Positions 8,294 through 16,762 of a stretch of 64,000 nt of DNA are shown here, in pieces. The position numbers and the translations under genes are program-made. The number at the start of each line of letters is the position of its first letter. Positions within the stretch are counted from its first letter, which is position 1. The notes under the pieces were generated by a model. That model was given only the letters and a program-made list of their open reading frames with translations. It did no database searches and was not told where the DNA came from. Origin of the DNA: an uncultured Bacilli bacterium (lineage in GTDB: Bacteria > Bacillota_I > Bacilli_A > RF39 > UBA660); contig CAKOWQ010000003.1 of NCBI GenBank assembly GCA_934122395.1, forward strand, positions 186,299 to 250,298, read 5' to 3'.

Positions 8294-8890
8294 ATGAAAA
8301 AAGATATTAAACATTATAAACAATCTGGAAACGCTTGTGCTATAGCATGTTTGTTAATGATTTTGGAGTATTATGATGTGATTACAAAAGCTAATTATGT
8401 TTATGAGAAAAAGTACTATAATTCATATTCTTCTCAATATTTATTAGGAGTTCCGTTATCAGCAGTATTTTGGCATTTAATAAAGAATAATATAAATGCT
8501 GAAATGTTTCATTCAGAAAAAAACTTGTTTTCTAATAATAAACAAATAATTGACAATAATATTTTTAATCTTGCAATTATTGAATATAAAGAGTATCTGG
8601 AATATGCAATTCTAAAAGGCGCCAAAGTATACAATGGTGTAAATATAAATATCGATTTAATACAAGAAAAGGTCAAAGACAATTTCATTATTCTTGCTGG
8701 GGTAATCAATCAGAATTTTCATACTATTTTAATTACTTCTTTTAAAAATGATTACTTTATAGTTAATAATCCTGCAGTTAATGTATCTACAAATATAGAA
8801 GGTGAAAAAGTTAATGAGTTTATGAATACTGATATTGGAAAATGGTTTATCGCAATACCAAAAGGAGAAGTCTATGAAAAAGAAATATGA
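8294..8890 (+). CDS. Stand-alone C39-like (papain-fold) cysteine peptidase domain protein
   Basis: N-terminal Q-x4-C motif YKQSGNACAIACLLMILEYY; later FHTILITSF and VNNP could supply the His and Asn/Asp. Confidence 0.55.
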   Translation: MKKDIKHYKQSGNACAIACLLMILEYYDVITKANYVYEKKYYNSYSSQYLLGVPLSAVFWHLIKNNINAEMFHSEKNLFSNNKQIIDNNIFNLAIIEYKEYLEYAILKGAKVYNGVNINIDLIQEKVKDNFIILAGVINQNFHTILITSFKNDYFIVNNPAVNVSTNIEGEKVNEFMNTDIGKWFIAIPKGEVYEKEI

Positions 8891-9569
8891 AGATGATAAT
8901 TATGTTATATATTATCCTGATGCTTTAGAGGAGTTTGTAAATGATATGATAATTTGTACTAAGGCACAGATAAATAATATATATACTTTCTTTAATGTAA
9001 AAAATCTTAGAAAAATTCAAGTTAATTTATTTGATAATATAGATGAATTTAGAAAATTTGTTATTGATTTGCGTAGTGGTGATGAAAAATCATTACCTCA
9101 GTATGCAAAGGGAACTTTTGATGATGGGATGATTAATGCTTATATTGAACCTAACTTCATTAAAACTTCTAGTCTTTATGAAAAAAGAAAACGCATGATG
9201 CTACATGAAACTGTTCATTTGATATATAATGAAATTCTTTTAATGAATAATTTTGATAATAGAGTAGTATGGCTTGATGAAGGCCTTGCTCAAAACTTAT
9301 CTTTAGAAGAAGAGAAAAATGATAAAAAAATTAAGCAAAGTATTATTTCTAACAATATAGCAATTGATATAAATGATTTGAGTCATGGGGATATTTTTAT
9401 TACTAGTGAATATAACGGTTATGATTTATCATATTTTGCAGTTAGATATTTATTAGATACTTTGAATAGTAAACAAATAATAGAAATTATAAAAGATAAA
9501 GATAAGGCAATTAAACTTGGTAAGACAATAATTATAGACGCAATTAATTTTTATAAAAGGAGAGTATAA
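8874..9569 (+). CDS. Putative zinc metallopeptidase (peptidase MA-like, HExxH)
   Basis: MLHETVHLIY (HExxH) followed by WLDEGLAQ; start set at ATG 8874 (AGGAGAAG SD); overlaps the upstream gene by 17 nt. Confidence 0.55.
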   Translation: MKKKYEDDNYVIYYPDALEEFVNDMIICTKAQINNIYTFFNVKNLRKIQVNLFDNIDEFRKFVIDLRSGDEKSLPQYAKGTFDDGMINAYIEPNFIKTSSLYEKRKRMMLHETVHLIYNEILLMNNFDNRVVWLDEGLAQNLSLEEEKNDKKIKQSIISNNIAIDINDLSHGDIFITSEYNGYDLSYFAVRYLLDTLNSKQIIEIIKDKDKAIKLGKTIIIDAINFYKRRV

Positions 9570-9570
9570 T

Positions 9571-10587
9571 ATGAAAGAATTTATAACTAATGATAATAAT
9601 TTAAAAGAAGAAGATGTAACTGAAATAGTAAAGAGAGTAAAAGTATTAATAATTAATTCAAGTAATGAAGTGTTACTAGGATATTCTCACAATGATTATC
9701 AATTCCCTGGGGGACATGTTGAAGATGGTGAAACTTTGTTAGATACTGTTAATAGAGAAGTTATGGAAGAAGTAGGGATTAACTTAAATGTTAAAGAACT
9801 AAAACCTTTTGCAAAGATGATAGGTTATTATAAAGATTGGCCAGCAATAGGGAAAAATAGAAAAATCGAAATATATTATTATGAAGTTAAAACTGATGAA
9901 AAACCTAACTTGGATAATTTGCAGTTAACTGAGTATGAAAAGGATGGGGGATTTTGTCTTAAATATATTCCTCTTGAAAATATAGAAGAAGAACTTATTA
10001 ATAATATCAATATATATAGTGATAAACATGGTATAACCAAAGAAATGTTAGAGGTGCTTGAGTATTATAAAAAAGAAAAAAGCAAACTAAAACTCGAAAA
10101 TTTGAAATGTGTAGATAATAATATTGATTTGGATAAATACATAAATTTTTATAATAAATTAAAAGCAACTATGGAAGATCCGTCATGGTTAGGAGATTTT
10201 ACTAAAACCGATATAGAATTTATACTAAATAATGGTGGTAAGATATGGATTTATTATTTAAATAATGATCCTGTTTGTTCTATGATGTATATTCCATCTT
10301 CTATAAAAAGTTGTCAAAAACTATTAGATGGTAAGTATGATTATAGAGAAGTTATAGATTATGGCCCTATGATGGTATGGTGCGATTATTTTGGTAATAG
10401 TCTTCAATATCAAATGTTAGAGGTATTAGATGAGTATTCAAGAAATAATGGCAAGAAATATGCTGTTAGCACAGTTCATCCTGATAATGTTTATTCTATT
10501 AATAATTTATTAAAAGATGATTTTAAACATATTGGTACTAAAACTTTTACTAGAGGAGAAAGAAATATATATTTCAAAGCACTTTAG
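9571..10587 (+). CDS. Nudix hydrolase fused to a GNAT-like C-terminal domain
   Basis: Nudix box GGHVEDGETLLDTVNREVMEEVGI; the C-terminal half has a GNAT-like pattern (..NSLQYQMLEVLDEYSRNNGKKYAVSTVHPDNVYSINNLLKDDF). Confidence 0.7.
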   Translation: MKEFITNDNNLKEEDVTEIVKRVKVLIINSSNEVLLGYSHNDYQFPGGHVEDGETLLDTVNREVMEEVGINLNVKELKPFAKMIGYYKDWPAIGKNRKIEIYYYEVKTDEKPNLDNLQLTEYEKDGGFCLKYIPLENIEEELINNINIYSDKHGITKEMLEVLEYYKKEKSKLKLENLKCVDNNIDLDKYINFYNKLKATMEDPSWLGDFTKTDIEFILNNGGKIWIYYLNNDPVCSMMYIPSSIKSCQKLLDGKYDYREVIDYGPMMVWCDYFGNSLQYQMLEVLDEYSRNNGKKYAVSTVHPDNVYSINNLLKDDFKHIGTKTFTRGERNIYFKAL

Positions 10588-10688
10588 ACAATTAATTTAC
10601 ACTTTTTTACTTTTCGCGTTTCTATAATCCGTTGCTTGTTTTTATAATCTATGTTAGGATCAAAGTATAAAATAAGGGAGGATATGTA

Positions 10689-12140
10689 ATGAAAAAGAAA
10701 AGCTTATTTATTTTTATATGTGCTGTTATATTTTCTTTAGGAATGGGTGTAGATGCTAAAGAAATAACAGTATGCTCTGATGCAGCAACTTGTGATTATA
10801 CAGTTTTAAGAGATGCTACTGATGCTTCAATTGCAGGGGATGTAGTAAAATTAAAAGAAAATACTACTATAACTAGAGGAGTGTTATTACATAGTGAAAC
10901 TACATTAGATTTAGGTGGATTTACATTAACAGCTGAACCTGGTACATTTATTGCGGTAATAAACGGTAATAAAGATGTTAAAATTGTTAATGGTACAATT
11001 GAATTAAACAATGCTGCTAATGCTACAGGGCAAAATGCTAATGTGGTAATGCAAGGTGTTACTACTAAAGATGGAGCTACTACTTCATTAACAATTGCTG
11101 AAGACGTTACTATTAATTCAAATTTAAATGGTATTGTTATTCAAGCAGAGGATAAAGAATCATACAACACAATTTTAAATCTTTATGGTAAAATTAATGC
11201 TAAAGAAGTAGGTATTACAATTAATGGTTTTATTAGTGTTGTTGATGCACTTCAACCGGTAGTTAATATTTATGAATCTGCATCAATTAAAACAACAGAA
11301 GGACCTGCAATATATGCTGCTGGTTACGGAAGCTGGAACATTTATGGAGGATACTTTGAAGGAACAGAAGCTGTAAGTGTCAAATCAGGTAATATTAATA
11401 TATCTGGTGGTACTTTTAAAGCAATTGGTGAATATAAGGAAACGCCAACAGTAAATAATCGTGGATGGGAAGATACAGGTGCCGCTTTATCAATTACTTC
11501 GAGTACGAATTCTTATGCTAAAAATGTTACATTAAAAATTACTGCAGGACAATTTATAAGTAAAAATGGTCACGCATTATATGAGGGAATAACTGATGCT
11601 AATACTTCTGCTATAGTAAATGCAAGTATTACTGGTGGTATATTTACTTCAGCTACAGGAAAAGATAGTGTTAAAATCACTTCTAATAGTGATACTTTAA
11701 ATGGAGTTATTACTGGAGGAACATTTAGTACTACTCCAAGAGAAGAATTAGTTAATTCTAATGTTTCATCTTCTACTTTGGATGATGGTACTGTATTAGT
11801 TGGTTCTAAACATGGAATTACTGTAGGAACAATTGAAAATGGTATTGTAACTTTAGATAAAAACGTTGGAATTAAAGGTGAATTAATCAAACTTACTATT
11901 ACCCCAAAAGAAGGGTATGAAATAGATAAGATTGAAGTCTTGTGTGATGGTGATGAAGTATTAAGAACTGATAACGGATTTATTATGCCAGACGGTGACG
12001 TTGAAGTAAAAGTTACATTTAAGAAAGTTATTACTAATCCTAATACTTTTGATAATAGCTTAAATACATTGATAATATTAGGGGTTTGTGCATTAGGCGG
12101 ATTTATAACTTATAGAAAACTTGAAAAAAGTGCTAAATAA
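10689..12140 (+). CDS. Cell-surface protein: signal peptide, parallel-beta-helix-like repeats, Ig-like repeat, C-terminal NPNTFDN + TM + basic tail
   Basis: Signal MKKKSLFIFICAVIFSLGMGVDA; recurrent GG[YTI]F turns (IYGGYFEG, ISGGTFKA, ITGGIFTS, ITGGTFST); ..GYEIDKIEV..MPDGDVEVKVTF module; C-terminus NPNTFDNSLNTLIILGVCALGGFITYRKLEKSAK. Confidence 0.7.
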   Translation: MKKKSLFIFICAVIFSLGMGVDAKEITVCSDAATCDYTVLRDATDASIAGDVVKLKENTTITRGVLLHSETTLDLGGFTLTAEPGTFIAVINGNKDVKIVNGTIELNNAANATGQNANVVMQGVTTKDGATTSLTIAEDVTINSNLNGIVIQAEDKESYNTILNLYGKINAKEVGITINGFISVVDALQPVVNIYESASIKTTEGPAIYAAGYGSWNIYGGYFEGTEAVSVKSGNINISGGTFKAIGEYKETPTVNNRGWEDTGAALSITSSTNSYAKNVTLKITAGQFISKNGHALYEGITDANTSAIVNASITGGIFTSATGKDSVKITSNSDTLNGVITGGTFSTTPREELVNSNVSSSTLDDGTVLVGSKHGITVGTIENGIVTLDKNVGIKGELIKLTITPKEGYEIDKIEVLCDGDEVLRTDNGFIMPDGDVEVKVTFKKVITNPNTFDNSLNTLIILGVCALGGFITYRKLEKSAK

Positions 12141-12152
12141 TGAACGATTTTA

Positions 12153-12178
12153 AAAGACTTAGTTATAAGTCTTTTTTG
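12153..12178 (+). terminator. Intrinsic terminator
   Basis: AAGACTTA-GTTA-TAAGTCTT followed by a T-run. Confidence 0.75.
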
Positions 12179-12194
12179 CTTGAAGAGATAAAAC

Positions 12195-12223
12195 TGGACA
12201 AAATTTAAAAAGTGTGGTATAAT
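12195..12223 (+). promoter_or_regulatory. Strong sigma-A-type promoter (extended -10)
   Basis: TGGACA, 17-nt spacer, TGgTATAAT. Confidence 0.55.
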
Positions 12224-12235
12224 CTGTCTCATTGA

Positions 12236-12283
12236 AGCGCTAGTATAGGCTTTTATAGTTTTTGTACTGCGCTTTTTATTTTT
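12236..12283 (+). terminator. Terminator-like hairpin plus T-run about 10 nt downstream of the predicted transcription start (attenuator or tiny RNA)
   Basis: AGCGCTAGTA ... TACTGCGCT (one bulge, 19-nt loop) followed by TTTTTATTTTT. Confidence 0.35.
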
Positions 12284-12308
12284 GGAAATGTCAATTTTTG
12301 TTAGATAT

Positions 12309-12336
12309 TTGCATTTTTAAAAAAATATGGTATATT
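12309..12336 (+). promoter_or_regulatory. Second promoter upstream of the AMP-ligase gene
   Basis: TTGCAT, 16-nt spacer, TGgTATATT. Confidence 0.45.
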
Positions 12337-12367
12337 TAGTATGTACTTACTAAATTAGGGGGTTAAT

Positions 12368-14323
12368 ATGGAAAACTTTAAAATTAATGAAAAAAAATTA
12401 GAAGAATTAGATAATACATCTATTTCTAAAAAACAATTAACAGGGTATGCATCTATTGATACACCTTGGATGAAGTGGTATAACGAATCATTAAAAGATG
12501 TTGATTTTAAACATACTAACTGTTACGATTACTTTTTTGAAGTAACAAAAGAATTTAATTGGCCATTATGGGAATATTATGGTCGTAAATATACTGTTAA
12601 GGACATAAAGAAAGAAACGGATAAAATTATTAAAAAGTTAACAGCTATGGGTATTAAAGAAGGGGATACAGTATCATTTATATTCTTAAATGTACCTGAA
12701 ACTTTATTCTTCCATTTGGCATTATCTAAAATGGGAGCAATTACTAATTTAATTAAATTTGATGAACCTGCTGAACGTATTAAGTTCATGTGTGATTTAG
12801 CAAAATCTAGATATTTATTTGCAACAGAGATTCCACCTATTATAGATAATGTATTAGAAGCCTTAGATTTAGGTTGTGGTGTTGACCAAGTTATTTCTGT
12901 ACCGCTTACTGAAGCTATGCCTAAAGTTGCAGTATTAAACATGTTACATGAACAAAGTAAAAATAACATTCTAGAAGGTAAATCTACTGCTAATATATTG
13001 GTTGAAATGTCAAATCAATATAAAAGAACTCTTGAAATGCAAAAAAAATTGCAATCAAAGATTCTTACAAATCCACGTTTTATGACATATGATGATTGGA
13101 AGAAGAAATATAATGGGAATGACATGAATGTTATTACAGGTGGTGCTGATAACGTATCAGTTATTGTATATACTGGAGGTACTACTGGTAGTCCTAAAGG
13201 TGTAGAATTAACTAATGATAATTTAAATGCAAGTTCTCATGCTTTTACTAGAAGTGATATGGACTTTGATCCAAAAAGAACTTCTATGAGTATATTACCA
13301 CCATCAATTGCTTATTACTTCAATGCTACATACCAATTAATGTGTTGCGGTGTTAGTGTTAATTTGATTTCTAACTTTACTGTTCCAGAATATCCAAAAT
13401 TAATCGCTAAACATAAGCCTAATATATTTATGGCTGGTCCAATATTATTAAAAGAAATAGCAAAAGCTGATATTATGGATGATGTATCATTTATGATTGC
13501 ACCAATATCAGGTGGAGATAAATTAGAAGTATCTTTAGAGGAAGCATTTAATAATTACTTAAAAGAACATAATGGAGACACTATAGTTCGTCAAGGTTAT
13601 GGTTCAAGTGAATGTACTGCTGCTGCTACTTATATTAATAGACATGCAGCTAAATCAGATTGCCTTGGAAGTATTGGTATACCATTAATAGATATGACAG
13701 TTGCTATATTTGATTATATTCCATATGATGAATTCGATATGAATAATTTGGAAGAAAAGAAATATGGAGAAATAGGTGAGATTTGTATAACTGGACCTAC
13801 AGTAATGAAAGGTTATAGAGACAATCCTGAAGCAACTAATCAAGTGTTAAGAACGCATAAAGATGGTAAAGTATGGTTACATACTGATGACCTTGGATTT
13901 ATGGATGAGGATGGTAGAGTATACCACCGTGGTAGAGCTAAACGTATGCTTACAAGATCTGGTTCTAAAGTATGGTTATCACCTATAGAAGATGAGATTT
14001 CTAAACATCCAATGGTTGATGCTTGCTGTTGTGTTAAACTAGCTGATGAAGAAGAAAGTGAAGTTCCAGTAGCTCATATCGTATTAAAAGATGGTGCTTC
14101 ATTTGAAGAAGTTGCAAATGAATTGGATACCATGGTATCTAAAAATAATCCAGAAGTATATGTTCCAAAATATTATGTTAAACGTGATGAATTGCCAGTT
14201 ACAGAAGTCAACAAAAAAGTTAACTTTAGAGCATTAGAAAGTGAAGATATCTTTGATACCAAAGATTATTCAGTAAATGGTAAATTAATTACTAAGAAAA
14301 ACAAAGTAAAAGTTATGAAATAA
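12368..14323 (+). CDS. AMP-dependent synthetase/ligase (acyl-CoA-synthetase-like adenylate-forming enzyme)
   Basis: AMP-binding motif YTGGTTGSPKGVELT; GYGSSECT; GEICITGPTVMKGY; DGRVYHRGRAKRM. Confidence 0.85.
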   Translation: MENFKINEKKLEELDNTSISKKQLTGYASIDTPWMKWYNESLKDVDFKHTNCYDYFFEVTKEFNWPLWEYYGRKYTVKDIKKETDKIIKKLTAMGIKEGDTVSFIFLNVPETLFFHLALSKMGAITNLIKFDEPAERIKFMCDLAKSRYLFATEIPPIIDNVLEALDLGCGVDQVISVPLTEAMPKVAVLNMLHEQSKNNILEGKSTANILVEMSNQYKRTLEMQKKLQSKILTNPRFMTYDDWKKKYNGNDMNVITGGADNVSVIVYTGGTTGSPKGVELTNDNLNASSHAFTRSDMDFDPKRTSMSILPPSIAYYFNATYQLMCCGVSVNLISNFTVPEYPKLIAKHKPNIFMAGPILLKEIAKADIMDDVSFMIAPISGGDKLEVSLEEAFNNYLKEHNGDTIVRQGYGSSECTAAATYINRHAAKSDCLGSIGIPLIDMTVAIFDYIPYDEFDMNNLEEKKYGEIGEICITGPTVMKGYRDNPEATNQVLRTHKDGKVWLHTDDLGFMDEDGRVYHRGRAKRMLTRSGSKVWLSPIEDEISKHPMVDACCCVKLADEEESEVPVAHIVLKDGASFEEVANELDTMVSKNNPEVYVPKYYVKRDELPVTEVNKKVNFRALESEDIFDTKDYSVNGKLITKKNKVKVMK

Positions 14324-14331
14324 AGTGTCAA

Positions 14332-14367
14332 AAAGATGATTTTTATATAGATAAATCATCTTTTTTT
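14332..14367 (+). terminator. Intrinsic terminator
   Basis: AAAGATGATTT ... AAATCATCTTT followed by a T-run. Confidence 0.75.
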
Positions 14368-14393
14368 GTTATAATAATAATAGAGGTGACGAT

Positions 14394-16190
14394 ATGAATA
14401 GTATAGCTTATACAATAATTTCATGTATATTTAGTATTATTCTATTAATTGTTTATTTTAGCAAAGAAAGAATCAATTATATAGAAAACAAAATTTACTC
14501 AATAATAGTAATTACAACATTTGTAAGTTGCTTTACTGAGATAGTTAGCTTTGTTTTAGTTAAGAGTGGAGTATCAGCTTCTTCACTACTATATCATTAT
14601 GTTATTAAGTTATTGTTTTTAGGCTTTTTAACATGGCTTTATTTGTTTACTCTTTATACGGTTGCGGTTGGTCGAAAACTAAGGGGTGTACTAAGAGACA
14701 ATGCTCTACCTGCAAGAAAACTTACGGCAGGTTTTGTTTTAATAGCTTTAATAGTTCTTCTTTTACCGCTTCAAATAATAGAAACTAATGGGCTATTATT
14801 ACCAGTTGGTACTAGTGTTATGTTAATCTATATTTTAGCAATGATGTGTATTATTGTAATGATTATATCGATGATTTTAGGAAGAAAAAACTTAAGAAGC
14901 AGAAAATATATTCCTTTATATTTGTTAATATTTTTCTTTTCTGTAGTTTTACTTGTTCAAAAATTATTACCAGAATTATTTTTAATAAATCCGGCTTTTG
15001 TAGTTATTACTTTCTCAATGTATTTTACTATTGAGAACCCTGATATGAATATGGTTGACGAATTAATTGAAAATAAAAAACTAATTGAGCGAGCAGCTGA
15101 AGAAAAATCTATTTTCTTATTTAAAATGAGTCAAGGATTAAAAGAACCAGTTAATGCAATCGACAAGCAAATTAAAATATTTGAATCTAATAATTTGACT
15201 AAAAAAGATGTAGCTATTCTTATGGAAAATATTAATCAAAATAATCAGAAGATGAGTTATCTAATTAACGATGTTATAGGACTTAACTCATTTAACAATA
15301 ATATTAAAAAAGTAGAGAATACGTATAATATTTATTCGTTATTGGAAGACGTAAGAGTTCGTTCTAAAGGATATATTGCTAAGAATATAGATTATAGTTT
15401 TACTTCAGTATCAAGTATGCCTAAAGAGTTATATGGAGATGCAATTAAATTAAAACAAGTACTAATGTCTGTTATAATTAATGCTAGTAAAAATACTAAG
15501 AGTGGTTATATTCATGTAGATGTTAATTCATATACTAAGTTTGATATATGTAGACTAGTAATTATGATTGATAGTTCTAGTGATATAAGTATTAAAAAGA
15601 TTAATGAAATTCTAAACCAAGATTTAGAAATTTCGGATAAGGATTATTTAAAAATAGAAAAACTAGATGTTGATTTACCACTTGCTTATAAGATTATCAA
15701 ATCAATTGGTGGTACAATGTTCATTAAGAGTGAAGATGACAAAGGAAGCCGTGTTACTATAACTATTGACCAATATATCGTTGATAATGGTGAGATGAAA
15801 TTAAATAGTAAAGTAGATGCATACTTAAAAGCTCGTTCTAATTTTAAAAGAGTTTTAGTTGTTGATGATGATGAACAAGAGTGTAGGAAAATTAAAACTG
15901 CATTAGAAAAGATGGGATATGAAGTATCAGTTTCTATGTTTGGTAATGATTGTATAGAACGTATTAAAAATGGTGAAAAATATGAGTTTCTTTTAATAGA
16001 TGATGAACTAGAAGAGATGAGTGCTTTAAGTGTTATTCAAGCGATTGATGGATTAAAAGATAAAAGTAAGCGAATAGTAATGCTTGAAGAAGATAAGTTG
16101 TTTATTGCTAAGCATTATTTAAAAGATGGATTCTATAATTACATAGATAAAACTAACTTAATAGAAGAGCTAAAAAATAAATGCCATTAA
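14394..16190 (+). CDS. Polytopic membrane hybrid histidine-kinase-like protein with C-terminal receiver; H-box His replaced by Gln
   Basis: About 6-7 N-terminal TM helices; H-box-like FKMSQGLKEPVNAI (SQGLKEPV versus the SHELRTPL consensus); N-box IINASKNT; G2-like GGTMFIKSEDDKGSRVTI; receiver VLVVDDDE ... FLLIDDELEEMS. Confidence 0.7.
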   Translation: MNSIAYTIISCIFSIILLIVYFSKERINYIENKIYSIIVITTFVSCFTEIVSFVLVKSGVSASSLLYHYVIKLLFLGFLTWLYLFTLYTVAVGRKLRGVLRDNALPARKLTAGFVLIALIVLLLPLQIIETNGLLLPVGTSVMLIYILAMMCIIVMIISMILGRKNLRSRKYIPLYLLIFFFSVVLLVQKLLPELFLINPAFVVITFSMYFTIENPDMNMVDELIENKKLIERAAEEKSIFLFKMSQGLKEPVNAIDKQIKIFESNNLTKKDVAILMENINQNNQKMSYLINDVIGLNSFNNNIKKVENTYNIYSLLEDVRVRSKGYIAKNIDYSFTSVSSMPKELYGDAIKLKQVLMSVIINASKNTKSGYIHVDVNSYTKFDICRLVIMIDSSSDISIKKINEILNQDLEISDKDYLKIEKLDVDLPLAYKIIKSIGGTMFIKSEDDKGSRVTITIDQYIVDNGEMKLNSKVDAYLKARSNFKRVLVVDDDEQECRKIKTALEKMGYEVSVSMFGNDCIERIKNGEKYEFLLIDDELEEMSALSVIQAIDGLKDKSKRIVMLEEDKLFIAKHYLKDGFYNYIDKTNLIEELKNKCH

Positions 16191-16218
16191 AGATGTCAAG
16201 TTGACATCTTTTTTTTAT
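16190..16218 (+). terminator. Intrinsic terminator
   Basis: AAGATGTCAA/TTGACATCTT palindrome followed by a long T-run. Confidence 0.8.
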
Positions 16219-16284
16219 TTTTTTTATAAAAATATTTTTTGGGTGTTTACAAAACTAAGTATTAATTATACTATAATAGTAGCA

Positions 16285-16309
16285 GTGGTTGATTGTGGTG
16301 AAAAGTGGG
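16285..16309 (+). promoter_or_regulatory. MraZ operator: three GTGG boxes with exact 10-nt period just upstream of mraZ
   Basis: GTGG at 16285, 16295 and 16305 (GTGGttgattGTGGtgaaaaGTGGggga); matches the known tripartite 10-bp-spaced MraZ box architecture. Confidence 0.7.
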
Positions 16310-16316
16310 GGATTTT

Positions 16317-16760
16317 ATGTTAATAGGTGAATATCATCATAATATTGATGAAAAAGGACGAATTATTTTACCTTCTAAGTTCCGTGAAGACTTAGGAGAC
16401 GAATTTTTTGTAACACGTGGTCTTGAAGAATGCCTATTTGTCTATCCAAAAAATGAATGGGAAAAAATCACCAAAAAACTAAAATCACTACCTTTTACGA
16501 AGAAGGACGCTCGTAGTTTTACGAGATTCTTCCTTTCAGGCGCTACTGCAACAGTATTTGACAAACAAGGTCGAATCAATATTACCTCTCCATTGACCTC
16601 TTACGCCGGCTTGAAAAAAGAATGTGTAGTTGTCGGCGTAGGGGATCGCCTTGAAATTTGGGCTGAAGACAAATGGAATGATTTTTATGAGACTAATAAA
16701 GAAGAAATGTCAAATATTGCTGAAGATCTATTTGATTCAAATTGGGAATCGGGTGAATAG
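16317..16760 (+). CDS. mraZ: Transcriptional regulator MraZ
   Basis: MLIGEYHHNIDEKGRIILPSKFRE and a second DKQGRINI SpoVT-AbrB repeat; start at ATG 16317 after GGGGGA. Confidence 0.95.
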   Translation: MLIGEYHHNIDEKGRIILPSKFREDLGDEFFVTRGLEECLFVYPKNEWEKITKKLKSLPFTKKDARSFTRFFLSGATATVFDKQGRINITSPLTSYAGLKKECVVVGVGDRLEIWAEDKWNDFYETNKEEMSNIAEDLFDSNWESGE

Positions 16761-16762
16761 TT

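Noticed and set aside
1217-8890. RiPP cluster interpretation (SPASM-like radical SAM plus C39-like peptidase)
   Set aside because: I could not find a short precursor-peptide ORF with a leader or Gly-Gly motif next to the radical SAM genes. The C39-like gene is separated from them by the T-box-thrS unit with its own promoter and terminator.
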